61,032 nt of DNA, taken from positions 1-61,032 of the forward strand of contig JAADCZ010000110.1 in the NCBI GenBank assembly GCA_013154175.1. The letters are read 5' to 3'. Under the pieces are notes generated by a model that saw nothing but the letters and a program-made list of their open reading frames with translations, was not told the origin of the DNA and did not search any database. A program made the position numbers and the translations under genes. Position 1 is the first letter of the stretch. Every line of letters begins with the position of its first letter. This document shows positions 18,280-27,584 of the stretch, in pieces. Source of the DNA: Thermodesulfobacteriota bacterium (GTDB lineage: Bacteria > Desulfobacterota > Dissulfuribacteria > Dissulfuribacterales > QOAL01).

Positions 18280-19828
18280 GATTCGGCCTGTCATGCTAGT
18301 TATCATGGACGGCTGGGGCTGGCGAGAGGAGACAGATGGCAATGCCGTCCGCCTTGCCAACACCCCAAACCTTGACTCTTACTACAAAACCTACCCCTTC
18401 ACCCTGCTCAAGGCATCTGGAGAGGCAGTGGGGCTTCCCCCAGGCCAGATGGGTAACTCAGAGGTTGGCCATCTGAACCTTGGTGCCGGAAGGATCGTCT
18501 ATCAGGAGTTGACGCGAATCAACATGGCCATCGAGGACGGCTCCTTTTTCGAGAACCCCACCCTCAAGGATATCATGTCGAAGGTCAAGGCAAGCCCTGG
18601 AGCAAGGCTTCACCTTATGGGCCTCGTATCAGACGGCGGTGTCCACAGCCAGATGGAACACCTCTTTGCACTCATCGAGATGGCTGCCCGCTATGAAATA
18701 GGTGACAGGCTTTGCATACATGCATTTATGGATGGCCGGGACACACCCCCAACCAGTGGGGCCAGCTACATCGCGCGCCTTCAGGAGCACATGAAGGGCG
18801 TCGGAGCCGGTGTCATTGCCTCGATTTGTGGCCGCTTCTATGCAATGGACAGGGACACCCGTTGGGACAGGGTGGAAGTTGCCTATGAAATGTTGGTCAG
18901 GGGCAAGGGCCGTGTTGAGACCGATCCGGTAGAGGCGGTCAAAAAGGCCTACGAGCGCGGGGAAACCGATGAATTCATCAAGCCCATACTGATTCAGAAC
19001 GATTGCTGCCCCTTTTCCACAGGCAAGGGCCCCATCAAGGATGGGGATGCAATCTTTCATTTCAACTTCAGGGCCGACAGGGCCAGGGAACTTACGAGGG
19101 CCTTTACTGAAGAGGGGTTTTCCTTCTTCGACGTTTCAGATCGCCCAAAATTGCTGGCCTATGCAACCATGACAATGTATGACAAACACTTTGACCTGCC
19201 AGTGGCCTTTCCCCCGGAAAAGCTGAAACACATCCTCGGGGAAGAGATCAGTCTTGCCGGTCTCAAACAGCTTCGCATTGCAGAAACTGAAAAATACGCC
19301 CACGTTACTTACTTTTTCAACGGTGGGGAGGAGACGCCCTTTGAAAATGAGGACAGAATCCTGATTCCATCCCCCAGAGAAGTACCAACCTATGATCTCA
19401 AACCAGAGATGAGCGCCAGGGAGATAGCGGACAAACTTGTGGAAAACATCGAGAAAAACATTTATTCGCTAATAGTGGTCAATTTTGCCAATGGCGACAT
19501 GGTTGGCCACACCGGCGTACTAGAGGCAGCCATCAAGGCCTGTGAAGTGGTGGATGAATGTGTGGGTAAGGTGACCGAGGCCTTTAGAAAGACCACTGAT
19601 GGAGCAGTTATCATTACCGCAGACCATGGAAATGCAGAGGTAATGAAACTTCCAGATGGCAGCCCAGCCACTGCCCACACCACCAACCCCGTCCCCCTTT
19701 ATCTGGTGGACGACCGGCACCGGGGCGTCAAGCTCACGGAGGGCATCCTTGGTGATGTTGCACCAACGGTACTGAAACTCATGTCCCTGGAACAGCCAAA
19801 GGAAATGACAGGCAAACCCCTTTTCTAA
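18263..19828 (+). CDS. gpmI: 2,3-bisphosphoglycerate-independent phosphoglycerate mutase
   Basis: 521 aa. Conserved segments include VMLVIMDGWG, the NSEVGHLN phospho-serine motif and the C-terminal ADHGNAE. GGGAGGA RBS is present. The gene overlaps the upstream gene by 17 nt. Confidence 0.95.
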   Translation: MSATNRIRPVMLVIMDGWGWREETDGNAVRLANTPNLDSYYKTYPFTLLKASGEAVGLPPGQMGNSEVGHLNLGAGRIVYQELTRINMAIEDGSFFENPTLKDIMSKVKASPGARLHLMGLVSDGGVHSQMEHLFALIEMAARYEIGDRLCIHAFMDGRDTPPTSGASYIARLQEHMKGVGAGVIASICGRFYAMDRDTRWDRVEVAYEMLVRGKGRVETDPVEAVKKAYERGETDEFIKPILIQNDCCPFSTGKGPIKDGDAIFHFNFRADRARELTRAFTEEGFSFFDVSDRPKLLAYATMTMYDKHFDLPVAFPPEKLKHILGEEISLAGLKQLRIAETEKYAHVTYFFNGGEETPFENEDRILIPSPREVPTYDLKPEMSAREIADKLVENIEKNIYSLIVVNFANGDMVGHTGVLEAAIKACEVVDECVGKVTEAFRKTTDGAVIITADHGNAEVMKLPDGSPATAHTTNPVPLYLVDDRHRGVKLTEGILGDVAPTVLKLMSLEQPKEMTGKPLF

Positions 19829-19829
19829 T

Positions 19830-20882
19830 ATGCACAAGGACGAAATCATCTGTACCATCCAAGGGGTTAGCAAGCTATACCGGGTAAAGAAGGGTTTTTT
19901 CTCCGCTAAGACCATGGAGATACAGGCCCTTGATAACGTTTCCCTCAAGGTTCGCAGACAGGAAATCCTGGGCCTCGTGGGCGAGAGCGGATGCGGCAAA
20001 TCCACGCTGGCCCGCCTCATCCTTGGCCTAGAAAAACCCAGCGCAGGAAAAATCAACTTTGAGGGCATCGATCTTTCTGCCCTCAAGGGTGACCATCTGA
20101 AAAGGTTTCGTAAAAAGGTCCAGATGGTCTTTCAGGACCCTTTTTCTTCACTGAACCCCAAAAAAACCATCTTTCAGATAATCAGCCAGCCCTTGAGGAT
20201 TCATGGCATTTGCCCTAGGTCTGAACTAAGAAGGGAAGTCAGACGTCTTCTAGAAATGGCGGGCCTGCACAACCCTGGCATTGAAAATCGTTACCCCCAT
20301 GAGTTCAGTGGAGGCCAGAGGCAACGCATTGGCATTGCAAGGGCCCTTGCCACACGCCCGGATCTCGTGGTGATGGACGAACCCACCTCTGCCCTGGATG
20401 TATCCATCCAGGCCCAGATTATAAACCTCATCCTGGACCTTCAGGAATCGAGAAACATTACCTGTCTCTTCATATCCCATGACCTGCCAATTGTTGAGTT
20501 CGTAAGCCACAGGGTTGCCGTGATGTATAAGGGTGCAATTGTGGAAATTATGCCAAAGGAACGTTTTGGCCTTGTGCAAAAGGGCCTGGACACGCCCCAT
20601 CACCCATACACGGACTTTTTGATGAAATCTGTACCAGTCCCCACTCCAGAAGCATCCATGTGTGGAACTGGCCAGACAGACCATGACCTTGAAGAACCTT
20701 TCGAGGTAAAATCATCCCGCTGGGACAATCTGAGTGGCTGCAAATTTTACCCTCGATGCCCCCACGCGACCCAAAAATGCAAGGATGAAAAGCCATTGCC
20801 AGTTGAAATTTCACAAGGACACACCATCTTCTGCCACCTGTTTACGCCTTCAGATAAGGAGCTAGGAACCAATGAAGTTTGA
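19830..20882 (+). CDS. ABC transporter ATP-binding protein, oligopeptide/dipeptide (OppF/DppF) type, no cognate permease nearby
   Basis: It has Walker A GESGCGKST, signature FSGGQRQR, Walker B LVVMDEPTSALD and H-loop FISHDL. The Cys-containing C-terminal extension (CKFYPRCPHATQKC) is typical of Opp/Dpp ATPases. Confidence 0.88.
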   Translation: MHKDEIICTIQGVSKLYRVKKGFFSAKTMEIQALDNVSLKVRRQEILGLVGESGCGKSTLARLILGLEKPSAGKINFEGIDLSALKGDHLKRFRKKVQMVFQDPFSSLNPKKTIFQIISQPLRIHGICPRSELRREVRRLLEMAGLHNPGIENRYPHEFSGGQRQRIGIARALATRPDLVVMDEPTSALDVSIQAQIINLILDLQESRNITCLFISHDLPIVEFVSHRVAVMYKGAIVEIMPKERFGLVQKGLDTPHHPYTDFLMKSVPVPTPEASMCGTGQTDHDLEEPFEVKSSRWDNLSGCKFYPRCPHATQKCKDEKPLPVEISQGHTIFCHLFTPSDKELGTNEV

Positions 20883-23274
20883 TGCAACCGTTACAGACCT
20901 CTTCGATCTGGATATACCTGAGAGCTACGAAATCCCGGAATGCCTGCCACTTATGGCCCTAAGGGACGTAATCGTATTTCCTTCAATGGTGGTGCCCCTG
21001 TTTGTTGGCCGCGAATCCTCCATTGCAGCGGTAAACGAGGCACTTACCAACGACAGACTCATATATCTAGTGGCGCAGAAGGATGCCCGAATCGACAAAC
21101 CCGGAGCAGACGACCTTTACCAGACAGGGGTCATAGCTGCGATAATGCGCACACTGCAGCTGCCAGATGGCAGACTCAAGATACTCACACAGGCACTGCT
21201 CAAGGGGCGCACCCTGGAAGTCGTGCAGGAACAGCCCTTTTTCAAGGTCAAGGTGGAACCCATTGAAGATGAGGAAGTGGAGATCTCTGTGGAAACCGAG
21301 GCCCTCATGCGCCACGTTCGCGAGCAGGCAGAGAAGCTTTTTAACATCAAGAACATCTTCAGCCCTGAACTGGGTATCATACTCAGCACAGTCAATGACC
21401 CAGGGAAGCTTGCAGACGTCGTGGCCTCGAACCTGAAGCTGAATGGTGCCGAGGCCCAGGAGATACTCCAGCTCTTTCACCCGATTGAACGGCTCAAAAA
21501 GGTCTCGGAGTTTCTGGCAAGAGAAATCGAGGTGTCGGCAGTACAGGCCAAGATCCAGTCTGAGGCCAGGGAGGAGATGAGCCGCACCCAGAGGGACATC
21601 TTCCTTAGGGAGCAACTCAGGGCAATCCAGCGGGAACTAGGAGAGATAGACGAGCGGCAAAAGGAGATCGAGGAGTACAAATCCCGGATAACCAAGGCGC
21701 TCATGCCAGAACATGCAGAGGAAGAGGCGCTGAAACAGCTAAAGCGTCTCGAGTTCATGCACCCTGATTCCTCTGAGGCTGCCCTTGTCCGTACATACCT
21801 GGACTGGCTCTGCGAACTGCCCTGGTCTGTCACCACTAGGGACAAGCTTGACATAAAACGGGCAAGAAAGATCCTGGATGAAGACCACTATGACCTCGAA
21901 AAGATAAAGGAACGCATAATCGAGTTTATTGCAGTAAGAAAGCTAAACAGGAGTGTCAAGGGGCCCATTCTCTGCTTCGTGGGGCCCCCTGGTGTTGGAA
22001 AGACCTCCCTTGGAAAATCCATAGCCAGGGCCCTTGGCAGGAAATTTGTCCGCCTCTCCCTTGGAGGCGTGCGGGACGAGGCAGAAATTAGGGGCCACAG
22101 GCGAACCTATGTGGGGGCCTTGCCAGGCAGAATCATCCAGGAGATGAAGCGTGCTGGCACGAGAAACCCTGTCTTCATGATGGATGAAGTGGACAAGATT
22201 GGGGCAGACTTTCGGGGTGACCCAGCAGCCGCGCTCCTTGAAGTCCTGGACCCTGAACAGAACAACGCCTTTTCTGACCATTTCATTGAGATTCCCTTTG
22301 ACCTGTCAAAGGTCCTCTTCATCCTTACGGCAAATGTTATCGACACCATACCATCCGCGCTCCTCGACAGGCTGGAGGTCCTCAGGCTGTCAGGGTACAC
22401 ACCAGAGGAAAAGCGCGAGATTGCAAAAAGGTATCTTATCGAAAGGCAGATGAAGGAATGCGGCCTCAAGCCCGGGCAGCTCGAGATATCAGACAACGCT
22501 CTTGATCGCATAATATCTGAATACACCGAGGAGGCGGGGCTCAGGGAGCTCGAAAGACAGATTGCTGCCATATGCAGAAAGGTTGCCTGCAAGGTGGCTG
22601 ATGGCAACTCAGGGCCGTTTCGGGTAACTGCAGGCAATCTTCACAAGTATCTTGGGCCTCCAAAGGTGCTGTCTGACTTCATTCGGGAAGACAGTCAGGT
22701 GGGTGTGGCCACAGGTCTTGCCTGGACAGCCTATGGTGGCGAGGTTATGCGCATCGAGTGCCAGGTAATGCCTGGCAAGGGCAATCTGACACTTACCGGA
22801 CTCTTGGGAGACGTGATGAAGGAGTCGGCCCAGGCAGCCCTTAGCTGGATAAAATCCAGGGCCAAGGAATTGAATATCAGGCCTGAAGACTTTGAGGAAA
22901 AAGACATACACATACACATCCCATCAGGGGCCATACCAAAGGACGGCCCTTCAGCAGGAATCACCCTGACCACGGCCCTGGTTTCGGCCTTTACCAAAAG
23001 GCCCGTAAACAAGGATGTGGCCATGACGGGTGAGATAACCCTCACAGGCAGAATCTTGCCAATAGGCGGTCTCAAGGAAAAATCCATTGCCGCCCTTAGA
23101 AAAGGCATCCCCACCATCATCATTCCTGAAAACAACCTCACGGACCTGGAAGAGATCCCTGAACAGATTAGGAAACGTCTGGAGTTCATCCCGGTGGTCT
23201 CTGTGGATCAGGTCCTGGAGCTGGCCTTGCTCCCGCCAGATGAGAAAAAAAGTGCCAAGGGGGAAGATAGCTGA
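20872..23274 (+). CDS. lon: ATP-dependent Lon protease
   Basis: 800 aa. It has a LON N-domain, Walker A GPPGVGKTS and the protease-domain serine motif PKDGPSAGI. It overlaps the ABC gene by 11 nt. Confidence 0.97.
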   Translation: MKFDATVTDLFDLDIPESYEIPECLPLMALRDVIVFPSMVVPLFVGRESSIAAVNEALTNDRLIYLVAQKDARIDKPGADDLYQTGVIAAIMRTLQLPDGRLKILTQALLKGRTLEVVQEQPFFKVKVEPIEDEEVEISVETEALMRHVREQAEKLFNIKNIFSPELGIILSTVNDPGKLADVVASNLKLNGAEAQEILQLFHPIERLKKVSEFLAREIEVSAVQAKIQSEAREEMSRTQRDIFLREQLRAIQRELGEIDERQKEIEEYKSRITKALMPEHAEEEALKQLKRLEFMHPDSSEAALVRTYLDWLCELPWSVTTRDKLDIKRARKILDEDHYDLEKIKERIIEFIAVRKLNRSVKGPILCFVGPPGVGKTSLGKSIARALGRKFVRLSLGGVRDEAEIRGHRRTYVGALPGRIIQEMKRAGTRNPVFMMDEVDKIGADFRGDPAAALLEVLDPEQNNAFSDHFIEIPFDLSKVLFILTANVIDTIPSALLDRLEVLRLSGYTPEEKREIAKRYLIERQMKECGLKPGQLEISDNALDRIISEYTEEAGLRELERQIAAICRKVACKVADGNSGPFRVTAGNLHKYLGPPKVLSDFIREDSQVGVATGLAWTAYGGEVMRIECQVMPGKGNLTLTGLLGDVMKESAQAALSWIKSRAKELNIRPEDFEEKDIHIHIPSGAIPKDGPSAGITLTTALVSAFTKRPVNKDVAMTGEITLTGRILPIGGLKEKSIAALRKGIPTIIIPENNLTDLEEIPEQIRKRLEFIPVVSVDQVLELALLPPDEKKSAKGEDS

Positions 23275-23275
23275 C

Positions 23276-24433
23276 ATGACACATGCAAGAGTCAACACAA
23301 AAAGGCTACAAAAACTCTTTATGGATCTCGTGCGTATCGACAGCCCCTCTAGGCACGAGGGGCAGGTGGCTGCATTCATAAGGGACTGGTTTCAGGCCAA
23401 CCTTCCTTCAGCAAAGATCCTCGAAGACGGCTCAGCAGTCGATACAGGCTCGGACACCGGCAATCTCATTATAAAGATCCCAGGGCAGAAAGAGGCAGAA
23501 CCCCTGTTTTTCAATGCCCACATGGACACAGTGGAACCAGGCAGGGGCATAAAGCCCATCTTTGAAAATGGTGTATTCAAATCCGATGGAACAACTGTAC
23601 TTGGCGGGGACGACAAGGCGGCCATTGCCATTATCTTGGAAGCTGTAATGTGTCTAAAGGAGGCGGCCATTGCCCACGGCCCCTTTGAAATACTCCTTAC
23701 CACCTGCGAGGAAATAGGGCTTCTTGGTGCAAAGGCCCTGGATGAATCCCTGCTTGATTCCAAGGCGGGCTATGCCCTCGACACAGAAGATCCGGATTCT
23801 GTGATTAATCGGGCCCCGGCTGCCATACGTTTTCATGCCAAAATCCATGGAGTTGCAGCCCATGCAGGCCTGAGCCCAGAAAAGGGCATGAGTGCGATAA
23901 AGGTGGCTGCAAAGGCCATCTCCCAGGCCCCCCAGGGAAGGATCGACCCTGAGACTACCTGCAACATTGGCCTAATAAAGGGGGGTACTGCCACCAACAT
24001 CGTTCCTGATCTGGTAACAGTGGATGGTGAAGTCAGGAGCCACCATCAGGACCGTCTGAAAAAACTGCAGGATGATATCCTTTCCTGTTTCTACAAGGCT
24101 GCAGACGATTTCAGAAGGGAGCCAGGAGACAAGTTTCCCTATGTTGCAGTCACAGTGGAAGATGACTATCCGGTCATGAATGTTCCAGAAGATCACCCGA
24201 TAATAAGGGCAGTGCTCCATGCTGGAAGGCGCCTTGATCGAAACCTGAGACTCGAGATGACAGGTGGTGGAAGCGATGCAAACATATTCAACAGCAAGGG
24301 GCTTGCAACTGCAATTTTGGGCATCGGGATGCAAAAGGTGCACACCACCGAGGAATTCATAAGGCTTGAGGATATGGAAAAAAGCTGTCTTCTGGCCGTG
24401 GAAATACTAAACACCTGGCCTTCAGAAACCTAG
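23276..24433 (+). CDS. M20-family metallopeptidase (peptidase T-like)
   Basis: Metal-ligand motifs are NAHMDTV, GGDDKAAIA and TCEEIGLLGA. ATG 23276 lies 1 nt after the lon stop. The track start at 23087 inside lon is rejected. Confidence 0.85.
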   Translation: MTHARVNTKRLQKLFMDLVRIDSPSRHEGQVAAFIRDWFQANLPSAKILEDGSAVDTGSDTGNLIIKIPGQKEAEPLFFNAHMDTVEPGRGIKPIFENGVFKSDGTTVLGGDDKAAIAIILEAVMCLKEAAIAHGPFEILLTTCEEIGLLGAKALDESLLDSKAGYALDTEDPDSVINRAPAAIRFHAKIHGVAAHAGLSPEKGMSAIKVAAKAISQAPQGRIDPETTCNIGLIKGGTATNIVPDLVTVDGEVRSHHQDRLKKLQDDILSCFYKAADDFRREPGDKFPYVAVTVEDDYPVMNVPEDHPIIRAVLHAGRRLDRNLRLEMTGGGSDANIFNSKGLATAILGIGMQKVHTTEEFIRLEDMEKSCLLAVEILNTWPSET

Positions 24434-24501
24434 CCAGGAAGCAGGCATATAAGGGCCCACTACACAGCAACCTCAAGCGGCCCAGAGGCCACTTCTAAAC
24501 C

Positions 24502-27500
24502 CTAGTGGGCCATTTCGTTCAACGAAACCCCGATTATCGAATCCCCCTCCCCTGGTCGCCTGACCTTGCAAACAGAAACCCTTGATGTTTGCTGAAGCCA
24601 TTTGCACAAATCAACGGGTTTGTCTTCAAACCTTGGGGGCAGCCCAAGATCGAGGGCAAAGAGGCCAGAGACAACTGCAGTGGCCATGGAAGTTCCACTC
24701 AGAAAATTGTAATGCCCATCTGGTATGGTGGTGAGCAACTTTTCATGTGGGGCAAGGATATCCGCCTTTGAACACACCTTCCTGCTAGGATACATGGAAC
24801 CATCTTCCGAAAGACCACCAACGGCAATCACGTCCTTGAGGCGCGCAGGAAATGGCAGCTCCGCCACCTCTGGGTCGTTGCCCACAGGGGCGACAAAGAC
24901 CACACCCTTTCTTGCACCTTCAGAAATAAGTGGCTCAAGGGTCTTGTCATGGACATAGGCGCCAAAACTCATATTCACGACCTTGCTCCCATGTTCCAGG
25001 GCGTAGTCCAGGGCATCTGCAAGGGCATCGGTAAAGCACTGCCCCTTGGGGCTGTCGGGCCGGATCTGCCTGCAGGCCCTCAGGGCAAGGATGGCCACGT
25101 TCTGGGCAATGCCTTCCACGCCTTTACCATTTCGTTTGGCTCCAATTATTCCAGCTACTGCTGTGCCATGGATCTCTGGTTTGAACTGCTCTCCGTGAAT
25201 GAAGTTCTCCTTAAGGGAAATCGCCCCCTTCAGCTCTGGATGATTCACATCCACGCCTGTATCTATCACTGCCACCTGGGTCTTCTCCCCCTTTTCAAGC
25301 CTTCTTAAGGTTGAAATATCGAGCACGTCATAGATGGCCTGACGTTCCACAAGGGGATCTGCCGAGGAGGACAAGAGCGTGAAAATATAGTTGGGCCCTG
25401 CTGACTTGACAGCGGGTATCTTGCCTGCCTTCTTGATAATCTCTTCAACATCCTGCCCCTTCGTGGAAAAGACTCCCATCACCTTGCCCAGCATTCCCAA
25501 CTCGGTCTCATAGAGCAGTTTGATGCCAAGGCGCTTTTCAAGGGCCGAAGCCACTGAATCTCCAGCATCCTTCATCCAGGTGATAATCACCTGATTTGGG
25601 ACATAACTTCCCTTGTTATTCAACTTGAGCGTCCAAACAGGGCTTTTACCAATCAACTCGCCCCGCTTGCTAAAGCCCTTCACCTGCCAAAGGACCTTAT
25701 TGATGGATGAAAAATACCTGACAGCAATCTTGGCCGGGACCTTGTAATGGTTGGTTTTTACATAGGCGGAATAAAGGGGTTTGGACCTTTCACTTTCCCT
25801 GAATTCAATTAGGTAGGCGTAGAGGTTCCCCCCGCCAAGGGGCTTCCACTGAAAGGTAAGCCCTGGCAACGTGGTAGAACCACCATTCAAAGGCCTTACC
25901 AGCCTGATGGATTCCACATTGTAGGACTTGGCCCTTACAAAATAGACAGCCTGAGGCAATTCGAAGTCGAACTTAGGGGAAAGAATCACGAACCTTACTC
26001 TATGAACCCCTGGTTCGAATGTAGGTAGTGGCGTTGTTGCAGGAAGCTGCAGAACTATGCTTCTGCCATAGTTTATGTGCCTAAAGACAGTTGAAAGTGG
26101 TCGGCCATCCACCTCCCAGTAGCCCTTCAGCAACCCTGTGCCCGTATAACGAATTTCTGCAAAGAGCTTTGGTGAAGGCTGACCCTTGCCGATAGTGATT
26201 TCAGCCCTGTTATTTTCAAAGTATAACTGTAAACGTGAGATACTAAATGGAGCTGCCGCCTCTGTGGTTATGATTATCTCTACGTTTGCAGTGAGATCAA
26301 ACTGGGTGTTCGAAAATCTTCTGGTATAAAAAAACCTTGTCGTACCAAGCTTTTCCGCCCGTTTCAGCACGGAGACAGGTATCATAACCACTTCCCTTAC
26401 AGAAGCCCTGCCTCCCACGACGTGGGCGTAGAGGGCCTTTGAAACACTGCCAATGTCACGGCCTGCAGCTTTGAATGAACCACCACTCGAGGTCAAGTCG
26501 GTGGTTATGTCATGATCCCCTGAAAAGGAATAGACGAGTTCCATTTGAGAGGGCAAACCCCTTGGTATGGTGACGTGATTCGGGGTCACGATTACCGACA
26601 GGTTGCGTGGTTTGGGAGCACTTGCCACATTCAGGCTAAAGGTCCTCGTTGCACTCTGCCTTCCATAGGGGCAGGAGTCGGTGGCCACAAGGGTGAAGGT
26701 AAAGAGGCCTGAAGTGGTGGGTGTGCCGGTAATGAGCCCGTTTGATGAAAGGACAAGCCCTGGTGGAAGCTGCCCAGAGGCCAAAGATATGGTTACAGGT
26801 GACTGCCCCCCCGAGGTCGTGATGCGTGTTGAATATGGCTTTTGAACCTCGGCACCTGGTAAGGCGGAAGGTGTCGTAATGGTAAGTTCCGGACACGTGG
26901 TAACAGGTGGCGTTTCTTGCGGAGGCTGGGGCGGGCCCAATATGGTGATCTCAAAATTCTTCTGGATGTGCATCTTTCCCATTGGGCATGAATCAGTAGC
27001 CCGCACAATGAAAGAATATGTTCCTTCGACTGTGGGGATACCAGAGATTACCCCCTGGGAACTGAGAGAGAGCCCTGGAGGGAGCTGGCCACTGACCACT
27101 GAATAGTATATTGGTCGCTGGCCTCCTACCACCCTGAGGACCTGGTAATACTGTTTGCCCACTTCTCCTGTGGGAAGGGTTGAAGGGCTCGAGAAGCGAA
27201 GGGAGCCACACTTTACGAGCAATTCATTTTGCCCGTCGGGATATGGCGCAATTCTGTTGCACTTGCTTTGATTTACATAGGCATGAACAACATACTCTCC
27301 AGCCCTAAAATAGGTGTGGCTGACATAGACGTTACAAGTTTCTGAGCGACATACGGCCTTTCCGCTGGTTCCATCTCCATAATTTACAACTATTTCACAA
27401 TATACTGGTGGAGGACCAGTAGTTCCTGCAGCCATTAAGCTTGCCGAAATGCCTATGTTAACACGCTGACCAACCGAGGCAGGATTTGGATTCAAACTCA

Positions 27501-27576
27501 CTCCTAGGGCAAACAGGTACCCTTCTGTTATGAGCAACATTGCAAATGCCAATGTGACTATGAAAAATCTCTTCAT
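24502..27576 (-). CDS. Secreted multidomain subtilisin-like serine protease (signal peptide, PKD-like domain, 2x He_PIG-type Ig domains, beta-rich middle region, propeptide-like segment, C-terminal S8 domain)
   Basis: 1024 aa. The PKD-like segment is VNYGDGTSGK...SHTYFRAGEYVVHAYV. There are two repeats of the form SGQLPPGL.LSS.G.I.G.PT..G...F...ATDS. The S8 catalytic triad motifs are VAVIDTGVD, HGTAVAGIIG and SGTSMATAVVSG. Confidence 0.9.
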   Translation of the reverse strand: MKRFFIVTLAFAMLLITEGYLFALGVSLNPNPASVGQRVNIGISASLMAAGTTGPPPVYCEIVVNYGDGTSGKAVCRSETCNVYVSHTYFRAGEYVVHAYVNQSKCNRIAPYPDGQNELLVKCGSLRFSSPSTLPTGEVGKQYYQVLRVVGGQRPIYYSVVSGQLPPGLSLSSQGVISGIPTVEGTYSFIVRATDSCPMGKMHIQKNFEITILGPPQPPQETPPVTTCPELTITTPSALPGAEVQKPYSTRITTSGGQSPVTISLASGQLPPGLVLSSNGLITGTPTTSGLFTFTLVATDSCPYGRQSATRTFSLNVASAPKPRNLSVIVTPNHVTIPRGLPSQMELVYSFSGDHDITTDLTSSGGSFKAAGRDIGSVSKALYAHVVGGRASVREVVMIPVSVLKRAEKLGTTRFFYTRRFSNTQFDLTANVEIIITTEAAAPFSISRLQLYFENNRAEITIGKGQPSPKLFAEIRYTGTGLLKGYWEVDGRPLSTVFRHINYGRSIVLQLPATTPLPTFEPGVHRVRFVILSPKFDFELPQAVYFVRAKSYNVESIRLVRPLNGGSTTLPGLTFQWKPLGGGNLYAYLIEFRESERSKPLYSAYVKTNHYKVPAKIAVRYFSSINKVLWQVKGFSKRGELIGKSPVWTLKLNNKGSYVPNQVIITWMKDAGDSVASALEKRLGIKLLYETELGMLGKVMGVFSTKGQDVEEIIKKAGKIPAVKSAGPNYIFTLLSSSADPLVERQAIYDVLDISTLRRLEKGEKTQVAVIDTGVDVNHPELKGAISLKENFIHGEQFKPEIHGTAVAGIIGAKRNGKGVEGIAQNVAILALRACRQIRPDSPKGQCFTDALADALDYALEHGSKVVNMSFGAYVHDKTLEPLISEGARKGVVFVAPVGNDPEVAELPFPARLKDVIAVGGLSEDGSMYPSRKVCSKADILAPHEKLLTTIPDGHYNFLSGTSMATAVVSGLFALDLGLPPRFEDKPVDLCKWLQQTSRVSVCKVRRPGEGDSIIGVSLNEMAH

Positions 27577-27584
27577 GATGCCCC

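Noticed and set aside
23087-23275. N-terminal extensions in the ORF track from upstream TTG/GTG/ATG codons. Examples are 23087 for the M20 peptidase, 36893-37075 for cytochrome b, 53677-53745 for skp, 2604 for hrcA, 12182, 14911, 40872, 46847 and 38184.
   Set aside because: The extensions overlap the preceding gene, a terminator or the CIRCE/RBS itself. In each case a downstream ATG or GTG with a well-spaced Shine-Dalgarno gives an N-terminus matching the family norm.
26660-27190. Two similar segments of about 65 codons in the protease gene, considered as a DGR template/variable repeat pair or recent duplication
   Set aside because: They are diverged protein-domain repeats (He_PIG-type Ig domains) with many nucleotide differences not restricted to adenines. 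No reverse transcriptase gene is present.
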